Positions 9,109 to 17,250 of a stretch of 38,527 bases of DNA are shown here, piece after piece; positions within the stretch are counted from its first letter, which is position 1, and each line of letters starts with the position of its first letter. The stretch spans positions 1 through 38,527 of the forward strand of contig CAIMEJ010000075.1 in the NCBI GenBank assembly GCA_903839985.1, in the 5' to 3' direction. The position numbers and the translations under genes are program-made. The DNA is from an uncultured bacterium (GTDB taxonomy: Bacteria > Chlamydiota > Chlamydiia > Chlamydiales > VFKH01). The notes beneath the pieces were generated by a model. That model saw nothing but the letters and a program-made list of their open reading frames with translations. It had not been told where the DNA came from and ran no database searches.

Positions 9109-9888
9109 ATGCAGATGAGTTTTAAGAAATGTTTGCCTTTTTTATTAATAGCTACGTCAAGCATTTTTGCTGGCAATACAGTTCAATGTGCTCCCCAATG
9201 CCCAAAAGAATACATAGGTCCTTACGGCCAATCTCTTGATGTTGGCATTCAATATGCTTGGTTTGCTTTCACATCTCCTCCGGACTTTACAGGAAGCACT
9301 ATAGGGGCTATGGCCCGTGTGACGTACCAGGTTCCAGATCAGCTCTTCGGCCAGATGCGCTTTGCCTATAATAATGGCTCTTTGTGGAGCACTCAGGCAA
9401 CAAGCCGTAATACAGATACCTATTTTGATTTTTTAGGTGGCTACTGTTTTAACTTGAATTCTCAATGGACTGTGACTCCTTACATAGGTCTTGGTTTTGA
9501 CTTTATTACAGATAATAAGGCCGCTTATACAGATGGTATTACACAAGTGCCAGCTATTAAGCTGCATTATCAAACAGATTACGCAGTAGCTGGCTTTGAA
9601 ACACGTTACTCCTGGTGTAAGTGGTCGATCGCGGGACAGTTCGAATGGCTGCCTTCTTTCAACCAATATCTTACTATTTCTAATCTTGACGGCAGCGCCT
9701 GGAACATGCATTGGAACTCTAACTATGCCATACGCATTCCCGTTAGTTATAAAATATCTAAATGCGTTTGGTTGGAAGTAGCTCCTTTTTACCGTTATTT
9801 TGCTATAGGATCTTCAGATGTTCTTGGCCTTCCTGAAAGAAATATGAATCAAGTAGGAGCTTTTGCAGCACTCCGCTTCTTCCTCTAG
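9109..9888 (+). CDS. Putative outer-membrane beta-barrel protein with a signal peptide
   Basis: The signal peptide is MSFKKCLPFLLIATSSIFA/GN. The body has alternating aromatic/hydrophilic beta-strand-like periodicity, and the C-terminus is aromatic (ALRFFL). The start is ambiguous (9079, 9109 or 9115). No specific family was recognised. Confidence 0.55.
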   Translation: MQMSFKKCLPFLLIATSSIFAGNTVQCAPQCPKEYIGPYGQSLDVGIQYAWFAFTSPPDFTGSTIGAMARVTYQVPDQLFGQMRFAYNNGSLWSTQATSRNTDTYFDFLGGYCFNLNSQWTVTPYIGLGFDFITDNKAAYTDGITQVPAIKLHYQTDYAVAGFETRYSWCKWSIAGQFEWLPSFNQYLTISNLDGSAWNMHWNSNYAIRIPVSYKISKCVWLEVAPFYRYFAIGSSDVLGLPERNMNQVGAFAALRFFL

Positions 9889-10735
9889 CATTTTACTGGT
9901 TAACTTAGGAAGTCCGCGTAGTACGCATCCCTACCACGTTTTCCGCTATCTAACGGAATTCTTAACAGATCCGTGTGTGATAGAGCTCCCTTTTTGGAAG
10001 AGGCAGCTTCTTGTAAGGGGTCTTATCGTTCCTTTTCGTTTTCTAGAAAGTGCTGCTAACTATAAAAAGGTATGGACAGAGGAAGGGTCGCCTCTTATTG
10101 TTTGGGGCGAAAAAGTACGCCTTCTTTTAGAAAAATCGCTTAACCTCCCCGTTCATCTAGCGATGCGTTATCAAAAGCCGAGTATCAAAGAGGCTCTTGA
10201 ACGTATTAAAGGGCCCGTTATTGTAGTGCCTCTTTTTCCACAATATGCGGATGCTACAACAGGCTCCATCGTTCAAGAAGTAAAAAAATGGCGTCCTGAT
10301 GCCACTTTTGCTTTTCTTCAACCCGACCATCCGACAATGATCCGCGCTATGGCTGCTCAGGTAACAGAAGACTTCGACCATCTTCTCATGAGCTTTCACG
10401 GGCTTCCTGTAAAACAAGACCGTACAGGTTATAGAGAGGCCTGTTATCAAACAGCCGCAGCCCTTGGTAAAGAGCTAGGTCGCCCTTACCATGTCTCCTT
10501 TCAGTCAAGGCTTGGCAAAGAGCCTTGGCTTGAGCCCTATACAAGCGACGTTCTGCCTACACTTGAAGGCAATGTAGCCGTTATGTCCCCCTCTTTTGTT
10601 GCCGACTGCGTTGAAACAACCTACGAACTCGGAATGGAATATCGCCCACTCTATAAAGGTCCTCTTATCTCCTGCATGAATGATCATCCTATCTGGATTG
10701 ATTCACTGAAAGAACAGATAGAAGCATGTCTTTGA
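9863..10735 (+). CDS. hemH: Ferrochelatase
   Basis: Motifs present are ILLVNLGSPRS, LFPQYA, the catalytic-His region LMSFHGLP, and FVADCVETTYEL. The start is TTG and overlaps the upstream gene by 26 nt. At 290 aa it is somewhat short. Confidence 0.85.
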   Translation: MQHSASSSSILLVNLGSPRSTHPYHVFRYLTEFLTDPCVIELPFWKRQLLVRGLIVPFRFLESAANYKKVWTEEGSPLIVWGEKVRLLLEKSLNLPVHLAMRYQKPSIKEALERIKGPVIVVPLFPQYADATTGSIVQEVKKWRPDATFAFLQPDHPTMIRAMAAQVTEDFDHLLMSFHGLPVKQDRTGYREACYQTAAALGKELGRPYHVSFQSRLGKEPWLEPYTSDVLPTLEGNVAVMSPSFVADCVETTYELGMEYRPLYKGPLISCMNDHPIWIDSLKEQIEACL

Positions 10736-10746
10736 GATAGATTCTT

Positions 10747-11976
10747 TTATAAATTGAACTGCGATGGCCGTTTTTGTAACGAGATCCCCATAAGAAAGGT
10801 GGCGCATATGATTAATATACAGGTGCTTGTAGAAATATGCCCGTAAATATTTAATTTAACACCTGCAGGTAGTCCTGTAACAGTTTTTAGGATTATATCC
10901 GTATACAGAAGATTGAGTTTGTGCAGGAATACCCCCATATAAAGAGGGTCTAAAAGAAGGGCTAACAGCAGAAGGGCCATAGAAAAAGTCACAAGAAAGG
11001 GAAAAAAGAGATTATAGATAAGGCATAGCAGTGGGAATTGATTAAAATAGGCAATAAGAACCGGATAGAGAAAGATATTAACAGAGAGGCCCAGTGCTAG
11101 TGATTTTTTCAGAAAGTTCGCTATAATATAAAGGACCTGATGAGAGTATTTAAGCCCAAGGGCTTCTTTAAGGGGATAAGAGCGAACGAGCGTGTAGGAA
11201 ATGAGGGCCTCAAAAGGCTTATAAAAAAGAAGAATACCTAAAGTTGCCAGAAAACTCAGCTGGAAACTAAGGCGTAGAGCATTTTGAGGGTCCATTAACA
11301 GGATGATAATAAGGGCCAGTCCCAGTCGGTTGATACTATTAGAGGTTCTAGAAAGAAATTGTCCTAAGAAGATAATCTCAATGCTAATAAGGGCCCGAAT
11401 AAGAGAGGGTGCTGTGCCTACATAGAGCATATAAAGTAAAAGTAGCAGCATCAATACGACTAGAGAGATCTTGTGAGGTAGTGCCCGGCGGATAATAATA
11501 CCTAGGAAGGCTGCGATCAGGGAGAAGTGAAAACCCGAAATAGCAAGGACATGTTGTAATCCTACATCACCCAGAAGTTTTTTAAGATAGGTGTTATCAA
11601 AATTACCGGTAAAAATTCCGATAAGAAAGTGTGCAGCATGGCTTCTTCCTAGGCTATGCTCTAGGTGTTTGTCGAAAGCCTCAGCTGGAATTTGTAAGGA
11701 AAAAGAGGTCTTTGGACAAAAAAAACAGGCTGTAAGGGTAAGTGTCAAAAAGAGGGCAAGGCGTTTTTTATCTAGGGCAAAGGTGATAAAAAGAAGAGGA
11801 AGGAGTGTAAAGAGCTTTTGTGATAGACAGTAGCTAAAGCCACAAAGAAGTCCCAGGCCATAAAGAAAAAAGGGAGCCTCTTTCCAGTATATTACGGATG
11901 CGGTGTAGCATCTTCTGTGAGAGAGTCTGTAATAATACGTGAGCCTCGCTTGCCACTGATAAGCCAAAATAGCCAT
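10747..11976 (-). CDS. comEC: ComEC/Rec2-family DNA internalisation channel, competence domain only
   Basis: It is a polytopic membrane protein with the ComEC signature GLQHVLAISGFHFSLIAAFLG. No N-terminal OB-fold or C-terminal MBL domain is seen. The ATG at 11976 lies 85 nt inside the ndh 3' end. Confidence 0.78.
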   Translation of the reverse strand: MAILAYQWQARLTYYYRLSHRRCYTASVIYWKEAPFFLYGLGLLCGFSYCLSQKLFTLLPLLFITFALDKKRLALFLTLTLTACFFCPKTSFSLQIPAEAFDKHLEHSLGRSHAAHFLIGIFTGNFDNTYLKKLLGDVGLQHVLAISGFHFSLIAAFLGIIIRRALPHKISLVVLMLLLLLYMLYVGTAPSLIRALISIEIIFLGQFLSRTSNSINRLGLALIIILLMDPQNALRLSFQLSFLATLGILLFYKPFEALISYTLVRSYPLKEALGLKYSHQVLYIIANFLKKSLALGLSVNIFLYPVLIAYFNQFPLLCLIYNLFFPFLVTFSMALLLLALLLDPLYMGVFLHKLNLLYTDIILKTVTGLPAGVKLNIYGHISTSTCILIICATFLMGISLQKRPSQFNL

Positions 11977-13145
11977 TGTGCCATAACAAGAAAACGGCCT
12001 CTAAAGGTTACTAGATAGGCTATATGAATAAAACACCAGGCCAGCCAAGCTAAAAAGCCTGTTAATTTAAGAGGGCCTGCAGAAGCTACGGCTTTATAAA
12101 GACCGATGGTGGCCATAGAGCCTTTGTCAAAGTATTTAAAAGGTTTTCTTTTGCCTCCTGCAATGATCTTACCAACATAGCACCCTTCTTGGATAGCAGC
12201 TGGTGCTACACCTGGAATTATTCGTCCTTTTTTATCTTTTACTGAGGCTGCATCACCTATGGCAAAGATATTAGGAAATCCAGGGGCTGTAAGATCTTCT
12301 TCTACAATCACCCGCCCTTGACGATCTAAGGGAACATTTAATGTTTTTAAGAGGGGGCCAGCTTCATTTCCTGCGCACCAAATAGCATTTTTGGTAGGTA
12401 TAAATAAGGTGTCGGTAAGAACTCCATCATCATTGATATCTACCACTTTATGGCCTGTAAGTACGATAACACCTAATTTCTCTAAGTCTTCACGCGCTCT
12501 TTGACGCAGTGCTGGTTCAAAAGTCGGCAGAACATCAGGGGCTGCTTCTATTAAATAGATGCGACTTTTTTTGACATCGATCTGTGTGAAATCTTTCAGC
12601 ATCGTTTTATAGGCAATTTCTGCAATAGCGCCGGCCATCTCCACACCTGTTGGTCCAGCACCTATCATTACAAAATTTAAATAATGTTGAATTTCAAAAC
12701 GATTATGGCTGCGTTCGGCAAGTTCAAAGGAGCGCAGAATATGTTCACGAATACCTTGAGCATCCTCGAGGGTTTTGATTCCAGGAGCGAATTTTTCCCA
12801 AGCTTCATTACCAAAATAGGAATGTTTAGCACCTGTTGCCAGAACTAGATAGTCATAAGATACTGGATCACAGTATGTTAGATTTACTACCTGTTTTTCG
12901 GTATCGACTGATAGGGCTTCGCTCATAATAATGCGGACATTCTCTTGGTCTCTAAAGATCTCACGTAGAGGTGTTGCAATATCAGAAGAGGAGAGTGCAG
13001 CGGTTGCTACTTGATAGAGAAGAGGCTGAAAAAGATGATGATTAGTACGATCAATAAGAGTGATTTCAACAGGAGCATTTTTGAGCTTCTGCGCTGTATT
13101 AATTCCAGCAAAACCGCCACCAATAATAAGAACTTTTTGTTGCAT
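11892..13145 (-). CDS. ndh: Type II NADH dehydrogenase (NDH-2), FAD-dependent pyridine nucleotide-disulfide oxidoreductase
   Basis: There are two Rossmann GxGxxG motifs (VLIIGGGFAGI, FVMIGAGPTGVE), the GD motif IFAIGDAA, and a C-terminal membrane-anchoring amphipathic segment. Confidence 0.9.
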   Translation of the reverse strand: MQQKVLIIGGGFAGINTAQKLKNAPVEITLIDRTNHHLFQPLLYQVATAALSSSDIATPLREIFRDQENVRIIMSEALSVDTEKQVVNLTYCDPVSYDYLVLATGAKHSYFGNEAWEKFAPGIKTLEDAQGIREHILRSFELAERSHNRFEIQHYLNFVMIGAGPTGVEMAGAIAEIAYKTMLKDFTQIDVKKSRIYLIEAAPDVLPTFEPALRQRAREDLEKLGVIVLTGHKVVDINDDGVLTDTLFIPTKNAIWCAGNEAGPLLKTLNVPLDRQGRVIVEEDLTAPGFPNIFAIGDAASVKDKKGRIIPGVAPAAIQEGCYVGKIIAGGKRKPFKYFDKGSMATIGLYKAVASAGPLKLTGFLAWLAWCFIHIAYLVTFRGRFLVMAQWLFWLISGKRGSRIITDSLTEDATPHP

Positions 13146-13234
13146 TTTCCTAGAGTCTCAGATTAGACGGATCTTTTCAAGAAGTTTACGGAGGTTAATT
13201 GACAACATAAGGGGTAATCCTTTATTTCCAAACT

Positions 13235-14020
13235 ATGAACAAATATGTGAAACGCTTCTTTGAAGAAGCGCGGGAAGATACAGATAGGGGTCACTTTCAT
13301 AAAGTGATAGCTGTGAATAAAAATGTGCCGTGGGAAGTTGTTCAACAAGAAGCTGCTACAACACCACGGGGATGGTTCGAACTTGCCCATATTGATGTGG
13401 AAAGTCGGATAGAATTTGTCGAACAATTTTGGAACCTCCAATTAGCTGAGCATCCTTTAGTAGAGGATTTTTTTGAAAGGGTGGATGATATTGTTCTATT
13501 TCTTGTGCAGCAAAAAGAGGAAGAGGCCTTCAAACCACATCTGGTATATAGTCTCAAAAATGACGAGGGCTTTTACCAAGGAACGCCGCCTTTTTCAGAT
13601 GGAGTTATTGAAGACCACAGCTTTTTTAAGGGAGAACCGTTACCTGCTGACTACTTAGCTTTTCAACGTATTCATGGACAGTTTGGCAAAAATGCAGATA
13701 GCGGTATTTATAATATTAAGCAGATATTAGATGGTTGGAAGCTGCTGCAAGATTTTTTAAAAACACGTGACCCTATACTTTTTTATGGTGGTGAGCCCAT
13801 AGATGGAAAAAAACTCATTCCTTTTTATAATTCGTATGAACGATACTCCTGGCAATGCTTTTGTGCTGATTGGTTACCGGAAGAAGAAATGGGGAACACT
13901 TTGATAAATCATGAAACAGTATTCTTACCAATGCTGCATGTAGACTGCTTTGAAGGTCTTGTTTTCCCCTCCTTTCTTGACTGGCTTGAATTCTATCTGC
14001 AGTCGCCTTTAGAGGTTTGA
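13235..14020 (+). CDS. Conserved hypothetical protein; the C-terminal half is SMI1/KNR4 (SUKH-1)-like
   Basis: This 261-aa ORF fills the gap before hprK with a 1-nt spacer. The pattern LPADYLAFQRIHGQFG...KLIPFYNSY..CFCAD...FPSFLDWLEFYL resembles the SMI1_KNR4 consensus. This is a weak by-eye call. Confidence 0.6.
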   Translation: MNKYVKRFFEEAREDTDRGHFHKVIAVNKNVPWEVVQQEAATTPRGWFELAHIDVESRIEFVEQFWNLQLAEHPLVEDFFERVDDIVLFLVQQKEEEAFKPHLVYSLKNDEGFYQGTPPFSDGVIEDHSFFKGEPLPADYLAFQRIHGQFGKNADSGIYNIKQILDGWKLLQDFLKTRDPILFYGGEPIDGKKLIPFYNSYERYSWQCFCADWLPEEEMGNTLINHETVFLPMLHVDCFEGLVFPSFLDWLEFYLQSPLEV

Positions 14021-14021
14021 T

Positions 14022-14975
14022 TTGTATCTAGTTAAAGACCTTTATAATGCACATGGTATAGCGCTTAGCCTAGAGATCATTGCAGGAAAAGAGGGTCTTC
14101 AGCATAAGATCAAAGTTCCTGAAGTCCATAGGCCGGGTCTTGCTCTTACGGGCTATTTAAAACATCATGCCGGTAAAAGAATCCTTGTCTTCGGCAAGGT
14201 TGAAATGGAATATCTGCGTGATTTATCTGCGCCTGTCAGGCTTAAGCGCATCAAAGATCTTTTGCAATTACCAACACCTGCAGTGATAGTCGCTAGGCGT
14301 TACAAACCAACGCCTGAACTCATTTCTGTCTGTAATGAAATGAAGATACCTCTTTTTCGTACGAAAATGCCTACGATGGAATTAATGAATAAACTGGCTG
14401 TTTTTCTCAACGAAGAATTTTCTCCAAGTATTACCTGTCATGGCACTTTAGTAGAGATCTACGGGGTAGGAGTACTTATTCAAGGAGCCTCTTCTGTAGG
14501 CAAGAGCGAAGCGGCTCTTGGTCTTATCGAAAGAGGTCACCGACTTGTCTCAGATGATGTAGTGCGCGTTAGAAATCGCGAAAATTGTTATTTAGAGGGT
14601 TCGGGAGCAGAGCTAACACGTTATCATATGGAAATCAGAGGCATTGGTATTGTCAATGTTGCAAATCTTTACGGAGCTGTCTGTGTACGTGATTACAAAA
14701 ACGTAGAAGTTGTTGTTCAGTTAGAAGCGTGGGATGATAATCACTTTTATGACCGTGTAGGCATGGATGAAGCTGTGCTCGATATTCTAGGGATAAAGAT
14801 TCCTTTCCATACACTTCCTGTGAAGCCTGGGCGTGATGTTGTTCTTCTTTTAGAAACAATTGCTTTGAATCACCGATTAAAAATGATGGGATATAATTCG
14901 GCTAAGGAGTTCAATAGCAAATTAATGGAAACAATTGCTAAGAAACAACGTAAAGTCTCTCGGAGTTTAAAATGA
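14022..14975 (+). CDS. hprK: HPr kinase/phosphorylase
   Basis: It has the P-loop GVGVLIQGASSVGKSEAALGLIERGHRLVSDDVV and the signature EIRGIGIVNV. The start is TTG. Confidence 0.9.
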   Translation: MYLVKDLYNAHGIALSLEIIAGKEGLQHKIKVPEVHRPGLALTGYLKHHAGKRILVFGKVEMEYLRDLSAPVRLKRIKDLLQLPTPAVIVARRYKPTPELISVCNEMKIPLFRTKMPTMELMNKLAVFLNEEFSPSITCHGTLVEIYGVGVLIQGASSVGKSEAALGLIERGHRLVSDDVVRVRNRENCYLEGSGAELTRYHMEIRGIGIVNVANLYGAVCVRDYKNVEVVVQLEAWDDNHFYDRVGMDEAVLDILGIKIPFHTLPVKPGRDVVLLLETIALNHRLKMMGYNSAKEFNSKLMETIAKKQRKVSRSLK

Positions 14976-15253
14976 AAACTGCTACCAATAAACTCGTGCG
15001 CTCTGTTCAAGTGGTCAATGCCTTGGGTATTCATACAAGACCGGCGACCATGATTGTTAAGATGCTACAAAACTGTAAAAGTCAGGTGAGTTTTACACTG
15101 CGTAAAGAAAAAATTAATCCTAAAAGTATTATGAGCATCTTAATGTTGGCTGCGGCCAAGAACAGTCGTATTACCATTGAAGTTGAAGGTGAGGATGCGG
15201 AAGTAGTGATGCAGAATCTAGTTGCCGGTTTTGAAAGTGGCTTTGGGGAGTAA
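14972..15253 (+). CDS. ptsH: Phosphocarrier protein HPr
   Basis: It has the active-site His context (NALGIHTRPAT) and the regulatory Ser context (PKSIMSILML). Its start overlaps the hprK stop as ATGA. Confidence 0.9.
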   Translation: MKTATNKLVRSVQVVNALGIHTRPATMIVKMLQNCKSQVSFTLRKEKINPKSIMSILMLAAAKNSRITIEVEGEDAEVVMQNLVAGFESGFGE

Positions 15254-15255
15254 TT

Positions 15256-16923
15256 TTGCCGTCTGAAATTGTTCTTAAAGGTATAGGTATATGTCCAGGA
15301 ATTGCTATAGGACCTCCTTTTGTTTTTACAAAAACAACATTGGAAATATGCCCAGGTCTTATTGAAGATAAAGATATAACCAATGAAGTGGCTCGCTATC
15401 GAAGAGCTATTCAGAAAAGTCATAAAGAACTGGAAGCATTACGCAGAGAGTTCTTACAAGATTTAGTAGGAGAAGGCTTAGCTTTAATCGATGCTCATCT
15501 TGTCTTACTGCGTGATCCCGAGTGGATGAAGTCGATCGAAGAGCATATTACAGAGCAGAAAAATAATGCGGAAGCGGCTATTTTAGCAACACTTGCACAT
15601 TATAAAGAATGTTTTAGTCGGTTGAAAGACCCTCTTTTTCAGTCACGTTTTACAGATATTCAGGATGTGGCTAACCGTTTACTGAAGGCCCTTAGTCATC
15701 GTACTAAGAGAAAGATAGACAAATTGCCTCCTTCCGCCGTATTCTTTTCGGACGAGATTTCTACCTCTGACACTTTTTGGACAAAAAAAGCCGGTGTTAT
15801 TGGATTTGTTTCACGAAAAGGAGGTCCTACATGCCATGCAGCTATTATGGCAAGGGCACAAGGACTTCCCTATATTGTCGGAGTGGATGTTAGCCAAGTG
15901 CCTGTAGATATATTAGATACGGTTATTGTAGATGGTGAGACAGGTGTGATTATTCTTAATCCCACACTCGAACATCGTGAAACTTTTTATACACGTCAAA
16001 AAGAATTAAAGGCTTACGAAAGCAAAAAACTGAAAGATGCTGCACAGACAGCTGTTACTGCCTGTGGTGTTCCTATCAGCGTGAAGGCTAATGTTGATTA
16101 TAGTGATAAATTAGGTCCATTTAATCATGCAATTGATGGCATTGGTCTTTTCCGCTCCGAATCGATTGTTATGGATCTTCGTCTCATGCCTAGCGAGGAA
16201 GAACAGTTCATCGTTTATAAAGAGCTTCTTGATAAGATGGGGCAAAAGCCAGTTGTTATTCGTACTTTTGACCTTGGCGGCGATAAAAATGTTCATCATA
16301 ATACAACGGAAGATAACCCCTTTCTTGGATGCCGAGCAACAAGGCTTTTGCTACGAGAAAAACATCTTCTCAGAGCCCAGCTTCGGGCTATTTTACGCGC
16401 CTCTTATTTTGGAACGGCCCATATTCTTTTTCCGATGATTTGCGCCCTCGATGAGCTTTTAGAAGTTCTTTCTGTTTTAGATGATGTTAAACAGGAGCTG
16501 CGGGAGAGTCATGTAGCCTTTAATGAAAAGATTCCTATCGGCTGTATGATTGAAGTGCCTTCAGCGGCACTGATTGTGGATAAAATTATGCGTCATTGTG
16601 ATTTTCTATCTATCGGTACAAATGATCTTGTACAGTATACGATAGCAGTTGATAGAGGCAACTCTCTTTTGAATCATCTCTACAATCCTCTTCATCCGGC
16701 AGTATTGAGGCTCATTGAACACGTCTCTAAAGAAGCCGCATTAAAAAACTGTCCTCTCTCCGTATGTGGTGAGATGGCATCTGATGTGCGTTATCTTCCT
16801 TACCTACTAGGCCTTGGCATCAAAGAGATCTCTGTTAACCCACGGCTTCTCCACACTGTGAAAGAAGCCATTAGTCAGATTACATTATTAGATGCTAGAG
16901 AATTGGCCGTGAATGCCTTGTAA
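15256..16923 (+). CDS. ptsI: Phosphoenolpyruvate-protein phosphotransferase (PTS Enzyme I)
   Basis: It has the phospho-His motif GGPTCHAAIMARAQGLP and PEP-utilising TIM-barrel motifs (IRTFDLGGDK, FLSIGTNDLVQY, CGEMA). The start is TTG, 2 nt after the ptsH stop. Confidence 0.93.
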   Translation: MPSEIVLKGIGICPGIAIGPPFVFTKTTLEICPGLIEDKDITNEVARYRRAIQKSHKELEALRREFLQDLVGEGLALIDAHLVLLRDPEWMKSIEEHITEQKNNAEAAILATLAHYKECFSRLKDPLFQSRFTDIQDVANRLLKALSHRTKRKIDKLPPSAVFFSDEISTSDTFWTKKAGVIGFVSRKGGPTCHAAIMARAQGLPYIVGVDVSQVPVDILDTVIVDGETGVIILNPTLEHRETFYTRQKELKAYESKKLKDAAQTAVTACGVPISVKANVDYSDKLGPFNHAIDGIGLFRSESIVMDLRLMPSEEEQFIVYKELLDKMGQKPVVIRTFDLGGDKNVHHNTTEDNPFLGCRATRLLLREKHLLRAQLRAILRASYFGTAHILFPMICALDELLEVLSVLDDVKQELRESHVAFNEKIPIGCMIEVPSAALIVDKIMRHCDFLSIGTNDLVQYTIAVDRGNSLLNHLYNPLHPAVLRLIEHVSKEAALKNCPLSVCGEMASDVRYLPYLLGLGIKEISVNPRLLHTVKEAISQITLLDARELAVNAL

Positions 16924-16924
16924 A

Positions 16925-17239
16925 CTAGAAGCTGAAGCCAGGTGGCAATCCACCAGAGAGAGCCCCTAAATCAGGCATAGCTTCTTTCTTTACTTTCTCA
17001 CCAGCTGCTTGATGCGCTTGGATAATGAGGTCTTGTAGACCCTCAACATCTTCTGGATCCACACAGGAGGGATTGATAACGATTTTTAAAAGATCCCCAT
17101 CACCATTCAGGGTGACGCTTACCAGATCACCGCTGGAGGCTGCTGTAAAGCTTTTGCTTTTAAGCTCTTCTTGAAGATGTGCAAATTGCTGCTGCATCAA
17201 TTTAGCTTGTTTTTTTTGTTTTGAATATCCTGTTCCCAT
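16925..17239 (-). CDS. ybaB: Nucleoid-associated protein YbaB/EbfC
   Basis: This 104-aa protein is typical of the family (KQAKLMQQQFAHLQEEL...VSVTLNGDGDLLKIVINP) and lies immediately downstream of dnaX. Confidence 0.9.
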   Translation of the reverse strand: MGTGYSKQKKQAKLMQQQFAHLQEELKSKSFTAASSGDLVSVTLNGDGDLLKIVINPSCVDPEDVEGLQDLIIQAHQAAGEKVKKEAMPDLGALSGGLPPGFSF

Positions 17240-17250
17240 AAGTCTCTTAA

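Noticed and set aside
9863-10735. hemH considered as a truncated pseudogene because it is only 290 aa and starts at TTG
   Set aside because: All conserved ferrochelatase blocks, from the N-terminal LLVNLGSP to the C-terminal CVETTYEL region, are present in one uninterrupted frame.
13199-13228. TTGACA box, considered as the promoter of the SUKH-like/hprK operon
   Set aside because: A perfect -35 is present, but no acceptable -10 lies at 16-18 nt spacing; the best is TATTTC. It is not reported as a feature.
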